Assembly: GCA_026023565.1 (NCBI GenBank)
Contig: JAPETS010000020.1
Location: 62,001-126,000, forward strand
Direction of reading: 5' to 3'
From: Cirrosporium novae-zelandiae
Taxonomy: Eukaryota
Length of the DNA: 64,000 nucleotides
Both the position numbers and the translations under genes were made by a program. Below the pieces are notes generated by a model that was given only the letters and a program-made list of their open reading frames with translations, had not been told where the DNA came from and did no database searches. Positions 12,285 through 24,834 of this stretch are shown here, one piece after another. Positions within the stretch are counted from its first letter, which is position 1, and every line of letters begins with the position of its first letter.

Positions 12285-15200
12285 CTAAGCCAACCCCCCC
12301 CTCCCACCAACATTCTTCAACGCCTCCCTCTGCGCTTCATCGAACCTAATCTCCGGCAACGGCTCCCTAACCCTCCTGGTAGGCGGTGGAATAAATCCAA
12401 TCTTGACCAGATACGCCAAATAAACCCCTACGGTCTGGCCTGAAACGCCACCGTAAAGCCGCAGTGAACCAGACCACTCTGAATCGGCCTTGAGAGCTGC
12501 AAATGCGTTCGAGTCGTCGAGTTCAGGTGCTTTGCTGCTGGAAGGTAGGTCCTCGGTGACGAAATCGCGGAGGGTTGCGAGGGCTTGGTGTTCGTTACTG
12601 TTGTTGTTGGGGGAGGAAGTGGCGGGTGGTGTGTCAATATGTTTGCGGAGTGCGGTTTTCCAGGGGACGTAGTCTGTTTTCTTTACTTCGTACCCGAATT
12701 CCTCGAGGAAGCCGAGGAATTCGTTGAAGCGGAGGCGGGGGTGGCTTGTTATTTGGGCGACACCCAAGGGGGTCGCCGGCGGGTGGAAGGAGGCTGCGAC
12801 GACAATTTTGGCGACGTGGTCTACCGGGACCATGTTTACGGTGTTGTTTATGTCTGGGCGGGATTGGAGTTGGATGCAGCCTTTCACCATGCGGATGAGG
12901 AAGTCGTCGGTGTTGGTTACTAGGTGTGGTTAGGTTATGTAAGTATGATTTTATTTTAGAGTAGGCGAAGTGAATGTTTTGGGGGAAAGGGGGTCTAATA
13001 ACATACCTCCTGTTTTCGAATCTCCTGTCACATATCCAGGACGGATAATTGCACCCTTGAGTCCTCTTTCGCCTGCTCGCCGGAGAAGGTATTCACCCAC
13101 CCATTTGCTCTGTCCGTATCCTGTGGTTAGACCATGGGCGCTTCCCTCAAGACTGTCTGATTCTGGTATACCGGAACCTCCAGCATGAAGTATTTCATCG
13201 GATAGACGGACAAAGTGGTCTGAGTCCAACACACTTGTAGAACTGACGAATCCAAATTGCTTCGGTTTGCCCATAGCAGCAAACTTTAGGAGCTCCATGG
13301 TAGAAGCCACGTTGACGGCTTGGAGAGTCTTGTATCTGTGAAGCCAATGTACCTGAGCTCCATTATGGATGATCACATCGACTTTTTCGGCTAGAGCTGA
13401 CCACTCTTGTTCCGAGAGCCCCAATCGTGGTTCGTTAAGGTTGCCCGAAACCGTTTCAATTTGGCTTTCCCATTCCGGATTCCATACACCATAGGCTTGG
13501 CATGAAGAACGCAAGCGTGAAATTCCAGGTTCGCCTTTAGTCCTGACGTGTGCTATGATGTGTAGGGATGGATTTGAACGTGACAGGAGTTCACGTAGAA
13601 GATACGTACCAAGGAAACCTGTTACACCGGTCAAGAAAACTGTCAAACTCTTTGAAAAGTCCAATTTTTCTACAGATGGGAAAGACTGTGGGAGTGATTC
13701 GGTAAGTCTTTTAGCGTCCTCGGCATAATCATCTTCTTCTACGACCCCGTTCGTCTGAGAGTTCTCCCTATCTGCACCACCATCGAACCCTTCAGCGTCC
13801 TCTTGAAGGAGCTCTATCTCGTGCGAAAAGCCCTTGAGAGTAGGATTTCGGAATATCGTGCTAAGGTTCAGTTCCAGTCCACCCCAATTCTGTCGACATG
13901 CAGAGAGCATTTGTTGGGCCAGGAGTGAATGGCCTCCAAGATCGAAGAACGAATCTTCTTTGCGAATTCCGTTAAGAGTATGGACCTTTGGTAGAATATT
14001 CCTCCAAATCGCAGCCAATTCCCTCTCGGTATCCGTCAATGCAGACTTTGTTGTAGACAGCCTACGAGGAGCTGCGGCGGCGAGTTCAGCAGTATCTGGG
14101 AAGGGGAGCGCCGGCTTATTAGGTTTGCCGTTGGGGTTCAACGGCATTTTTCTGAGTGGGATGATGACTGATGGGACAGAGTACGCGGGCAACTTCGTCC
14201 GTAAATAGTCTCTGAGTTCAGTCCGCAAAGGTTGAAATCTAGTCAGCATTCCAACCAACCCTTCCATATCCCCCTTGTCCACAAGATTCCTCTCTTCTAG
14301 CCACTTGGCCCAATTTTTCATTTCAGGCACGATGTAGGATATTAGAGTTTGTTCTTCATCCTTGTCGCGGCGAACCAATGTTATTTCCTCTCTCACCATC
14401 GGATGCCGTGATAAATGAGTGCTAATCTCACCTAGCTCCACACGGAACCCTCTAATCTTTACTTGGTCATCTGCACGACCTGAGCATTCAACTGATCCGT
14501 CTCCCAAGTATCGCCCTAAATCACCGGTACGGTACATACGATCTCGAGGACCTTTATAGAATTCTCTCCAAGGCTCCTTGGTTCCTTGCTCTTCGAGCTT
14601 CTTTTGGTCTTGATCAATCCATTTCTTAGAGTCCACAAACCAGTTGGGAACAAATTTCTTAGTTGTGAGATCAGGTAATCCTAAATAGCCTTCTGCAAGA
14701 CCGCCAGCTCTGACGTACAACTCTCCCACTTCTCCGACTCCACATATCTTTTGAGGGTCTGTCCGATTTACAACCAGGACCTGGACATCGTACATTCCAT
14801 GGCCGGCTGGAATAATATCCTTCATACTATCCAAGAAGTCGGGACTTTCAGCGTGACTTGGAAGCCTATAATAGCTGACAGCCCGCTGTGTCTCAGTTGA
14901 ACCAAACATGTTGATGATTGTAACGTTGTCCGCAAGCCGTTGAAGGAGTCGACAATCCCTTTTCATCAAAACATCACCAACGAAGAAAGCATTTTTCAAA
15001 GAAGGAAATTTCGCGGTAGCACCACCCACCAAAATTTGACCCATGGCCGGTGTAAGATGTGTCACTGTCGCTTTGTAGGTTTGCATCCATTCTGCCAATT
15101 TCTCGTTCGCAATATCATCCTTGGAGGGCACCAGGAGTTGAGCTCCAAGGAAAAGTGGTGTAAAGATGTCTCGTTGGATAGGATCATGCGCGATACCACT

Positions 15201-16816
15201 AAGCATTGTAAACCGATCGTTTTCGCTTAAGCCGAATGTCTGCGACATCCAAGGGAAATAGTACGCAAGGCTGAAATGCCTTCCTCGTACCCCTTTAGGA
15301 ATTCCCTCAGAACCTGAGGTGAAAGACAATGTGGGGCTAGAGTCAGGACCAACTATGACACCAGGAGGTTCCGACTTAAGTGATACTAAATCTGCAAGGA
15401 CATCTTTTCCATTAACAGATCCACCTACTACACTTCCGTCCGCTAGAATTTCTAGCCCTGGCACCTCGGTTTTCAAATTTAGTGTGTCGTCAATGAACTT
15501 GCGGACCTTTTCATTCAGCTCCCCTACTTCTCGGGTTGCCTTTGCGATATTAATCAAAGCTCTAGGACGGCTGACTTGGAGGTAAATGTTTTGTCTTTAA
15601 AAAAATTAGCAGATTTCTCTAAACAACAGAAATAATCATTACCGGTCAGCTGGATAAGCTGGATCTAAGACGGTAAAAGTTGCACCAGCCTTGAGTACTC
15701 CCATGACCGCTACTACTAGATCCACACCTCGATAGGCATAGACCATCACCACCTCGTCCCTCTCAATCCCAGCCTTGAGTAAGTGATGGGCGAGCACATT
15801 ACTTGCTTCATTGATATGCCTATACGTAAACTCTCTTCGAGGACTAGAAGGTGAGGCTGTCTCGATGACGCATAGTCGATCTGGGTGACGGAGCGCGTTT
15901 TGGCTAAAAATATCCTGAATCGACCCTTTAAAATCTGACCAGTGAAGGTCTGTTGTTGGGTCTGGAAGAACGGCTCTTTGCTCCTTTGTTATTATGTCTA
16001 AAGAACCAATTGGCTCGTTAGGGTTTGCAGCTGCACTCTCTAACAACTGGAAAATCTGTGACACAATTGTCGATATTCGCTCACTCGAAAACAGACGTGA
16101 GTTATAGTAACATCGAAGCACTGTGCTTTGGGTCGTAGAGCCTGGTGTATTCCCATCTGGTTTGGTTGAGGAAGGTCTTGCGAAGTATACAAGGAGGTCG
16201 GTCGTTCCAGAAGTGGTCGATAATAATTCTTGGTCTGGCTTTGGTTTATTAGATGGGAAAAAGCCGAACCGATATAGTATCGGAAGCCTTTGGGACCCGG
16301 ACCCTTCACGTAAATAATTTAGTAATTCGGATAGAGGTACAGCATCTCCCGCTAGCTCTTTAAATCCCTATAATATCAATCAGCGCATTCTGTTTTGAGA
16401 CCCCGCTTTTTTATATCGTCACTAACTGTGGCGGTCTTTGCTAGTAAAGCGCCGAATAATTCTTTCCCTTCCACGGCCGTTCGGAGAACGAATTCAGCAC
16501 CAGTTTCTTCACCAGTCCCAATTGCCAGGTCTTCATCACCTGTCAATCTCCTTATGAGAGCAACGTAAGCAGTAAGTAGTATTGTGAAGTCATCATAGGC
16601 ATGGGCGCTCTTTATAGTTTTGAGGGCATCAAGAGTAGTTGAAGGTAATGGAAATTCTCGGGCAGCTTCAATTGGTCTCCGAGTAGGCTCTGCATCGGTC
16701 TGTGAGGGTTCGGGATAGTCGCGAGTCAAGTGTGAGACCGTGAGGTTCTGTAATCGATCCTTCCATCGCCCCAGCGCAGACTGGGAGTGGCCCTCAGAGG
16801 GCAGGACGCCATTCAT
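12285..16816 (-). CDS. lys2: L-aminoadipate-semialdehyde dehydrogenase (alpha-aminoadipate reductase), NRPS-like A-T-R, ~1445 aa
   Basis: Exons 16816-16427, 16367-15643, 15594-13007 and 12919-12285 splice in frame. A-domain motifs FTSGSEGIPKGV, SGIAHDPIQRD and YRTGDLGR; PPant site FFDLGGHS; reductase motifs TGVTGFLG and GYGQSKW. Confidence 0.97.
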
Positions 16817-16955
16817 GATGTATGTATTCTAGTCAGCCAAATAAGCAATACCAATCGTTGAATATTATTCATGTAAATTTTAGGATGTTAGAATTTTATG
16901 TTGCAGTGTAATCTGTAGTTATTATACAGAAAAGAAGTTGGAACGCAGTGCTGGA

Positions 16956-16987
16956 AGAGTCATTTCAGATCAGCATTCTGTGAATCA
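16956..16987 (-). promoter_or_regulatory. Candidate Gcn4/CpcA (cross-pathway control) sites upstream of lys2
   Basis: TGACTCT (minus, 16962-16956) and TGATTCA (minus, 16987-16981) are each one mismatch from TGA(C/G)TCA and lie 140-170 bp upstream of an amino-acid biosynthesis gene. Confidence 0.3.
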
Positions 16988-17926
16988 TTCAAGGTCAACC
17001 CCGCCAAAAAAAAATTAAGGTATCGTGGGTACTCTGACTGCATTATCTTAACTCCGTCATCGGAGCTGTTCTTTGCTTTGCTTTTGCCTGTGCCTGAGGC
17101 CTCAGTATATTTGAACAAATTCTTCATTTCAAGACCAACTTTCAATATCTGAATTCTTTCATTCCCTTGGTCTTGTGAAAAGCAATGGGAACTTCTTTTC
17201 TCTTGCCATTGTCATTAGTTCATGTAGGGTGTAAGCCCTCAGGGGCATCGGCGTGATCAAAGACGGCAAAGCAAACCCCCTATGACTAGATGTTATATGC
17301 GAGAAGATGATAATTATAATTGCAATAGATTCACAAGCTAATTGTCACAGAGAAGAATTCTAGCAATAGTTTCATTGCTGCTGGTAATTATATGTAATAA
17401 CTCTTGTAGCTTGTCGGACTCAAGAGTAGACACATGGGGTACGTAATCAATACGCTAACCCAATTGGGGATTGCCAGAAATCCCATGCATTGCACTCTAC
17501 CTGAGCTATTGACCGTCTAGAACTATTCTACTAATTATTCAACACGGCATTTATGAACATTCTGTTCATACGAAGAAACGATCGGGATATATTCAATTAC
17601 GCTCTTTTGATCCCTTCGTTCTGCCCTTTTTGATTGTTTGCTAACTCGACGCTTGACGGTACTCCCCTTACAGCGCTACCCCGAACTCGAGAAACAACTG
17701 TACAATTGCTCTTGTCAACACCTTCAGCGACAGTTTCATAACTTTTCAATGATACCCTGGAATAACCATTAGGAAATATAAAGACCTTGAAGGTCCTACA
17801 ACTGGTGTGGTTCTAAGTTCGTGTTCAATTTGCTTGGAGACCTCCCAGCGACTATCCTAATTTGGCAGATGCCCTTCTCCGCAATCAACTAAATATAATC
17901 CGGATACGAGAACATCGTGGCCCCAA

Positions 17927-19768
17927 ATGTTTCCACGTCGATTCACCATTTTATTCGCCTTCATTTTCTTCTTTCTCATTTCGTTGCTGTTACTATCTGG
18001 CGATAGTCAACAAGCTGAGCCCTCGAATTCTGGCGGTCATGCATCAAGCTACAAGTCCTCGATACCGAAGCTGAGCGTTCCCAGCATATTAAATCCTTTC
18101 CGACCATCAGCACACCAACCACCTGTTCAAGCGAATAGCACAAGTGGGGAGGCAAAATGGTACAGTGATTGGAAGTGGTTGAATCCCTTTTCCTCGTCCA
18201 TTACTCTCGACGAGAATCGGGCAGTCCTACCACCTTTCAGAACAAGACCTCCTATCTATACTTTCTACGACACGACAGTTGACAAGGATGACGCACAAAA
18301 AACGGCCGAGAAGAAGCTTCTTTTGATATGGCGACGGGCGTGGTGGGCTCAAGGATTTCGTCCGGTGATCCTGAGTAGAGCCGAGGCGATGAATAACCCA
18401 CTCTACGAAAGCTTGCAGAGCAAATCATTGGACCCCGTGCTCGAATCGGAAATAATCAGATGGTTGGCGTGGGGACACATGGGCACTGGGATTTTGTCCA
18501 ACTGGCTTGCGCTCCCAATGGGCCCGCACGACGATGATCTACTTTCTTATCTTCGGCGCGGCGAGTATCCGCATCTTACTCGTTACGAGAATCTTGGGAG
18601 TGGGTTTTTCTGTGGTAGCAAGCAGGCAATCAACGATGCACTCAAGAAACTGCTTTCCGACAAACCTCCAACCAATGTCAAATCAATTGTCGAAGCTTTA
18701 GGAACATCCGCCTTCGCTGTCGATCCACAACCTAAAGCCATTGCATTCTACGACTCCAATGTCATCACCGCCAAGTATTCTAAGGTCGCTGAGAAGCTTG
18801 TGGCCTCGACAGCCTCGGGCCTTGAATCCCTCTCCCTCCTCATTAACGCCCATCTTCACAACATCTTCAAATCGAATTTCGGCAAAGGTATCGCGGTGCT
18901 AAAGCCTGTTCCACAATACACGACAGCTCTCGTTTCCCCAGCTCTCCGCATCGCCACCCTCCTTTCTCAATGCCCCGAAAGCCCCATGCCGGCAACATGC
19001 CCTCCTAATGCACCCAAATGCCATCCTTGCGTCGCCACGCAACCAATGTTAATCACCCAGCCCCAATATTTCCGAAACACTTCAAGTCTCTATACCGTTG
19101 GCACGGTCCCTCACCCTTACACATTCGCCACTCTAACGGCTAGACGCGGTGATATCGACACAAAATATGTCCGACGCTCCACGGATCGGGACCCTTGGGT
19201 TACGGTCATAACCAAAGAGCTCCTAGGCACAGGCGTATCAGGCGCTCCTCGTGTGGTTCGCCTCAAAGAAGCCATAGCCTCTGAATTCGGATCATCGCGC
19301 TCGCTATGGCTTGTTGCAGAGTATGATTCCAAGAGCCGTTACCTATGGCCATCTTCAGGCTCGGGCACCGTTACCCTAAGTTCCGAAGTCTTTACAGAAT
19401 TGGATTGGCATTTCGGATTCATGATTCCAAGAAATGAAGAAGATCGCGGCAAAAGCGATACACCTGTCCCAGGCCCCGAGCGTCTTCCTCCACCACCCAA
19501 GCCAGAAGGCCCCGTCCCATCACCCCAAGAACTTGCTGTTGAGAAAGAGCTCCTAGGGAAAGCTCGGGATGTGTTGATGAGTAAAGAACAACGCCGAGTT
19601 GGAATCTTGAAGGTAGTAGAAGCATGGAATTTGGCAGACACGGAGGCATGGCGGTTCGCAAGAGCGTGGGAAGCCCGATCAAGAGTGGAGAGATTGAAAT
19701 GGGAGGAAGACGAGAAGAGCTTTTTAGGAGGGGGCGGAAGTGGAGGTTGGGGAATGTGGCATGACTGA
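17927..19768 (+). CDS. Uncharacterised type II membrane / secretory pathway protein, 613 aa
   Basis: Intronless ORF with a short basic N-terminus, one hydrophobic helix (FTILFAFIFFFLISLLLL), an S/P-rich stem, a Trp-rich globular region and a CPx8CPPx4CxPC cluster. Confidence 0.85.
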   Translation: MFPRRFTILFAFIFFFLISLLLLSGDSQQAEPSNSGGHASSYKSSIPKLSVPSILNPFRPSAHQPPVQANSTSGEAKWYSDWKWLNPFSSSITLDENRAVLPPFRTRPPIYTFYDTTVDKDDAQKTAEKKLLLIWRRAWWAQGFRPVILSRAEAMNNPLYESLQSKSLDPVLESEIIRWLAWGHMGTGILSNWLALPMGPHDDDLLSYLRRGEYPHLTRYENLGSGFFCGSKQAINDALKKLLSDKPPTNVKSIVEALGTSAFAVDPQPKAIAFYDSNVITAKYSKVAEKLVASTASGLESLSLLINAHLHNIFKSNFGKGIAVLKPVPQYTTALVSPALRIATLLSQCPESPMPATCPPNAPKCHPCVATQPMLITQPQYFRNTSSLYTVGTVPHPYTFATLTARRGDIDTKYVRRSTDRDPWVTVITKELLGTGVSGAPRVVRLKEAIASEFGSSRSLWLVAEYDSKSRYLWPSSGSGTVTLSSEVFTELDWHFGFMIPRNEEDRGKSDTPVPGPERLPPPPKPEGPVPSPQELAVEKELLGKARDVLMSKEQRRVGILKVVEAWNLADTEAWRFARAWEARSRVERLKWEEDEKSFLGGGGSGGWGMWHD

Positions 19769-20366
19769 TGGATCGATGGAGTGGATGGATCGACTGGGGG
19801 GGAGGGATAAGGGGGAATTTTTGATATCCAACCGGTTCGAACCACCACCTATGTGTATACAGTAACTGTTTTTTGTTTATCTTATCACTATGCTAGTAGG
19901 TGCTTTTTATTCAACTTGATTGCATGGGATCGGAGGGGCGGCAGCCGGGGCATTAAAGGGTTACTGTAACAACTATGTCTTTTTTTCTTTTTTTCTTTCT
20001 CTTACTGGATCAACGGACGGACGGATAGAAACAAAGGCTGGAAGAGGGAAGAGGAAGAGGAAGTGTCAGAAGTGTCAGATTGAAAAAAGGAAAAGAAAAG
20101 TCAGGTGGAGCTTTCTTTTTTCTGCTTCTAGTTAATTATCTTAGAAAATAGGTAGGTAATAAGATAGATAGTTGAAAGACTTCACGCCCCCCGACTAACG
20201 GATTGATTGATTGACTGACTGGCCGATTTATCGAACGACTGAACGTGGATTAAACTTATATACATACAGAACTGTTTCTGTAGATAGGTAGAAAATCAGA
20301 GTTGAATTGATAATTACAATATTGATTAGCCATTCTCATTCCTTATCCCCTCTTCTTATCCTCTTT

Positions 20367-20431
20367 TCTTCTTCTTCGTCTTCTTCTTCTTCTTCTTCTT
20401 CTTCTTCTTCTTCTTCTTCTTCTTCTTCTTC
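20367..20431. repeat. (CTT)n microsatellite
   Basis: About 21 near-perfect CTT units read directly. Confidence 0.95.
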
Positions 20432-20642
20432 TCCTATCACAGCCAAATACCTAATTGATGGATACCTAGGTACCTAGATAATTTCTCTCTACTCTAAGTC
20501 CATCATTCAACTTCAGCTCAGCGCTTATCATTTCTAAGCCAGATACACTTCTAGGAGGCACGCTGCAAAATAAACATCCTGAAGGCACCTGCGTAGCCGG
20601 CTACCTCTCACGGCTCTCAATATCAGCATCTTTCCAGGCCAG

Positions 20643-22513
20643 ATGGCCAACACTATTAGGAGTGCCCTTACCGGCTTTCGAACTTCTCCGCTCTGGAAAT
20701 CGTTGACGGGGCTGATTAAGGCTTTATGTACAAAGCCTGCTACGAGTTGTTTGCAATATCAGGAGGAACCCGATCTATACGGACCAGGAGGGTTTTATCG
20801 TGTCAGTCTAGGCGATGAGTTCGACAATCGGAGATATACCGTCTTAAGAAAGATAGGATACGGACAATATTCCACAGTTTGGCTCGCACGTGACTCAAAG
20901 TAAGCCTATATTCCCCGAATGGATAACTGCTTGCTGACTGTTTGCACCTACAGTGCAAGCATATGTTGCCCTCAAAATACTTAGATCAGACTGCTATGAT
21001 GGCAACCGCGATATGTTTGAAATCGAAATGCTCGAAGCCATCTCACGTATATCTGAATCTTCTACCCATCCCGGCCGAAAGTCTGTCGTGCAGCTTCTCG
21101 ATCATTTTCATCATATCAGGCCCAATGGAAATCATATCTGTCTAGTATTTAATGCCCTTGGACACCATCTTGGTTTCCAAGCGGCGAAATTCAAGCAAAG
21201 CAGAATATCTGTCAGGGTCATGAAAGAGGTTGCAAAGCAGCTACTCTTAGGTCTGGATTTTCTGCATCGAGAGTGCGGTATTATACATACAGGTACCATC
21301 TAAGTTTTTTTCACTTTGTTTGAACTATGTAAAGAAAATGCGTTATTTTGGGAGAATTACTGGTTAGGAAAAAAGCCCAACAATATTTGCTCAAGTCATT
21401 GATGTTACTAATAAATTGAAAATTATTTTTATAGATCTGAAACCTTCAAACATACTACTCAAGCTAGAGAATGTGGAGGAAGTAATCACGAAATATCTTT
21501 CGAAAACGTCTCCACGACTGTTGCCGGAACCAGACAAAAAGCTGGATACTCCAAATACTCATACAACAGGAAGCCCTGCCGTCGTACCTCTGCGCGAAAT
21601 CATCACAACGCCATTAATTACAAAAATAGAGAAAATACACATCAGAATAATAGATTTTGGAGTGTGTATGTCCCCTGCATTACTTTCGAATAATGGCAGT
21701 GAACAGTTTTAGATGGCTAATTTCATGCCCCCCGCTCCGCAGCATCATGGGTAGACCGACATCTGAGCGATCGCATTCAGTCACCGTTCCTCAGGGCCCC
21801 GGAAGTTACATTGGGTGCCCCTTGGAGTACAGGTGTGGATATATGGAGTTTGGGATGTCTTGTACGCCGCTATAAGACCTCTAGCTACAGCTACATGATT
21901 TAGTCATTTTGCCCTCACCCTTCCGGCTGTTCCAAATCCAACGTCTTATACCAATAAACTACCTACAAACGCTACTAACATAAATTGTGGTTCAGATGAT
22001 CGAGCTCGTCAAAGGTCATTATGCATTCCCGGGTAATGCTGCTAAAAATGGTGCATGGACCGCGGATGATGATCGCCTGGCCCAGTTGATGGAAGTATTC
22101 GGACCTTTCCCGAAGAGCTTACTCGCTAAAGGGACGATAACAAAGAAGTTTTTTGATAAAGAAGGTACATAATATAACAAAATAACCCTTTGTCCCAGAT
22201 CAGTTCCCCTACCTTGGAAATTGACCGCATTTAATTTTTTCTCGAATATCACCCCTGGCTTCGGAAGCTTCAGCATAATAGATTTTGATACGTTCTAATT
22301 ATAGACAATAAGAAATCTTCTACATATCCCGCAACTCAATCCTGCGAGCCTTGAGAGCCTTATGGACGGTGACGACGAAGTTCTTCGAAGACCAGAGGAC
22401 ATGCCACAGACCGAAGTCCCAGTGTTGACTTCTTGAAAAGCATGCTAGTCCTTGATCCAGAAAAGAGGAAATCAGCCGCTGAGATGTTGGAGCATAAATG
22501 GTTGACGATGTAG
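20643..22513 (+). pseudogene. SRPK-like (CMGC) Ser/Thr kinase, disrupted
   Basis: Motifs KIGYGQYSTVWLA, YVALKI, HTDLKPSN, IIDFG, LRAPEV and DIWSLGC are present. The exon 1/2 phases do not match, the last acceptor appears mutated (caataa-gaaat), and a frameshift near 22421 separates EVPV from VDFLKSMLVLDPEKRKSAAEMLEHKW. Confidence 0.8.
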
Positions 22514-23284
22514 ATTAGAGATAGATAGCAAACGATGAAGGAGCTTGGATTCATATAAAAAAAGGCAGTCTTGGGACTTTTGCGGACAAAGGAGCAGAGC
22601 AGAGAGAATCGGGTAGCTAACCTCCCTCTCTATCTAGTATTGGTTTGTCAACAGGGCCCTCTCTCAACTTGTGATACAAGTCCTAATGCAGGGACATAAT
22701 AATAATAACAAGAGAGAGGTCAGGCGTTGTTAGAATATGCGGAGAGATAAAAAAATGGAAAAAAAGCGATTCAGCTAAAAAAAAAAAAAATTAGTTATTT
22801 CAACAAACATATTCCCCTTTCTTAATCCTATAGAAATGGTTTGATTCTTGCCCTGCACTCATCTCAGCTAATTACATCCAGCGTTGACCGATTAAAGCTA
22901 GCCATATAGTCACAGCAAGACTCTCTGCCATGAATTTACAAGAGAAAGAACCAAAGTCTCTCGCCTCCCCATTATCCTAACCAAGCTCTTAGAGCTTAAC
23001 TTGCCGAAGCGGTTCTAACTCTCAATAATTAGCGGGTAGATCACGTATAGTCTAGTTGCTTTCGGGAAGGCCCTTGTTGTTATTATTGAATGTAAAGTGG
23101 ATTACTATCAAAGCAAAAAAAAAAAGCTTTCCCCTCCTTACCTACCTACCGAACCAGCAGAAGCAGAAGAAAAAAAAAAAAAAACCAAAATTCATTAAAT
23201 ATGGGATGACAATTGGTTTATTATTAATTGCGGGATTCTGGTAGGAAATGGAAAAAAAAAAAAAAAGTGCGTGATGATAATTGA

Positions 23285-23317
<33 letters not shown>

Positions 23318-23437
23318 TCTCCTTAAATTATATTTTTTTTCTTTTTTCAATTATCAAGTTTTGGGAAGTGAGTCAACAATATCAAAAAACCTTGTTGGAT
23401 TTGTTTTTAAGAAAATAATTCTTCTTCGTCAGGGAGG

Positions 23438-23442
<5 letters not shown>

Positions 23443-23474
<32 letters not shown>

Positions 23475-23487
23475 CTCTCTCTCTCTC
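23443..23487. repeat. (AG)n-(CT)n palindromic microsatellite
   Basis: An AG run turns into a CT run across GATC, giving a perfect 32-bp palindrome at 23456-23487. Confidence 0.9.
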
Positions 23488-24774
23488 ATAGTGATTTTGT
23501 ATGTATGCTTCTTGGTAGATAAGATCTCTCTCTATCAACTGAATATTAAAAGGATATTTAGGTAGGTATTTGGAGCATTTAGATATATTTTTTTTTAAAT
23601 CCTTCCGTTGATCCTGTTCTGTTCCGTTCTCTTCTACTTTGGTATATGTTCCATATGTTCTATGTACAGTACTCAGTATGTATGTATATATTATACGTTG
23701 TCTTAATAATAGCAGGGCTCTTCATCGTCATTTATCATGATCATCCTTCATAATCATCCTTTCTTATTAGAATTAGACTATATAACCACAAGTAAATTAT
23801 TTACCCCTCCTCAAGCCTTATCATCCTCATTATTATTATCTCTCAGCCTTAGCCTTATTAGCAGCAGTAATAGTAGGAGTAATAAGTAGCAAGCTCGGCA
23901 TACCGAACAATCCATCCATCAATCCATCCGTCAATGAAAAAAAAAAGCCCCGATCATCATCGCCGTCGTTATTCCATCCTTTCCTATTTTTTTCTCCACA
24001 ATCCATAATACGATTCCTAACTGACTCCTGATTCCCCCGTAGTCCTAATAACAGGATACCCAGGTAATTAGGTGAGGGATGAAAGGAAGGGCTTTACCTT
24101 GCTCCTGTTCTTGCGCTAGCCAGCGTACCTACATAGATGCCCCTATTATCACCATTCCCATCACCATCGCACCTGACATCTCCAGCCACCAGGTCCCCAT
24201 TGAAGAAAGTACCTACATTACATTAGCCGCTACCTCCCAAACTCCAAGTACAGTAAGATGGTGGTCCTGCATCATCGTCATCATCATGCAATCATTTTTG
24301 CGTAAACTATCCCGGATGGGGGAAGAACAAGAGCGGAAAAGCGCGAGCTGGGGTAGTAGTACGACGCACCCCACCCCCCCGTGCGTCCCACATGTGTGGA
24401 GATGTACAGGTGATATGCAAACAGCCGTATACCCCACAGCAGGTACTTTACAAAGGTGCAGAGGTAGGTGGCGCTAAAGTAGGAACCGAACGAACGAGGA
24501 GGAAAAAGAAAAAAATGGAACATAGAAGTGGAACCGAGAGGAGATTTTTATGCAGATGACGGGGGGGGGGGGGGGGGGGGGGTTGTTTGGATCAGCCTTG
24601 AGGATGTACTGTATGCGGTGTAAATATGTAATATATGTAATGTAATGTATGCATGTATCATCATATATGATGTAGATGAGTGCGAAAAAGCGAAAGTGAA
24701 AGCGAGGGCAAACAATCAATGCGTGGGGGATAATGTAGCACAAGTTAGATTTGACTGGTTAGATTTGACTGGTT

Positions 24775-24785
24775 TGATTGATTGG

Positions 24786-24834
<49 letters not shown>
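24775..24834. repeat. (GATT)n microsatellite
   Basis: Tandem TGAT units, preceded by a GTTAGATTTGACTG duplication. Confidence 0.9.

Noticed and set aside
12285..16816. Lys2 as a secondary-metabolite NRPS cluster core
   Set aside because: Motifs and size match primary-metabolism Lys2, and the neighbours are not tailoring enzymes.
17230..17672. Candidate solo LTR (TGTAAG...CTTACA) in the lys2 divergent promoter
   Set aside because: The flanks (TAGGG vs GCGCT) are not a target duplication and there is no second copy in the window; a genome-wide search would be needed.
24079..24743. ORFs of 74-132 aa in the low-complexity interval
   Set aside because: No recognisable motifs, splice structure or codon bias.
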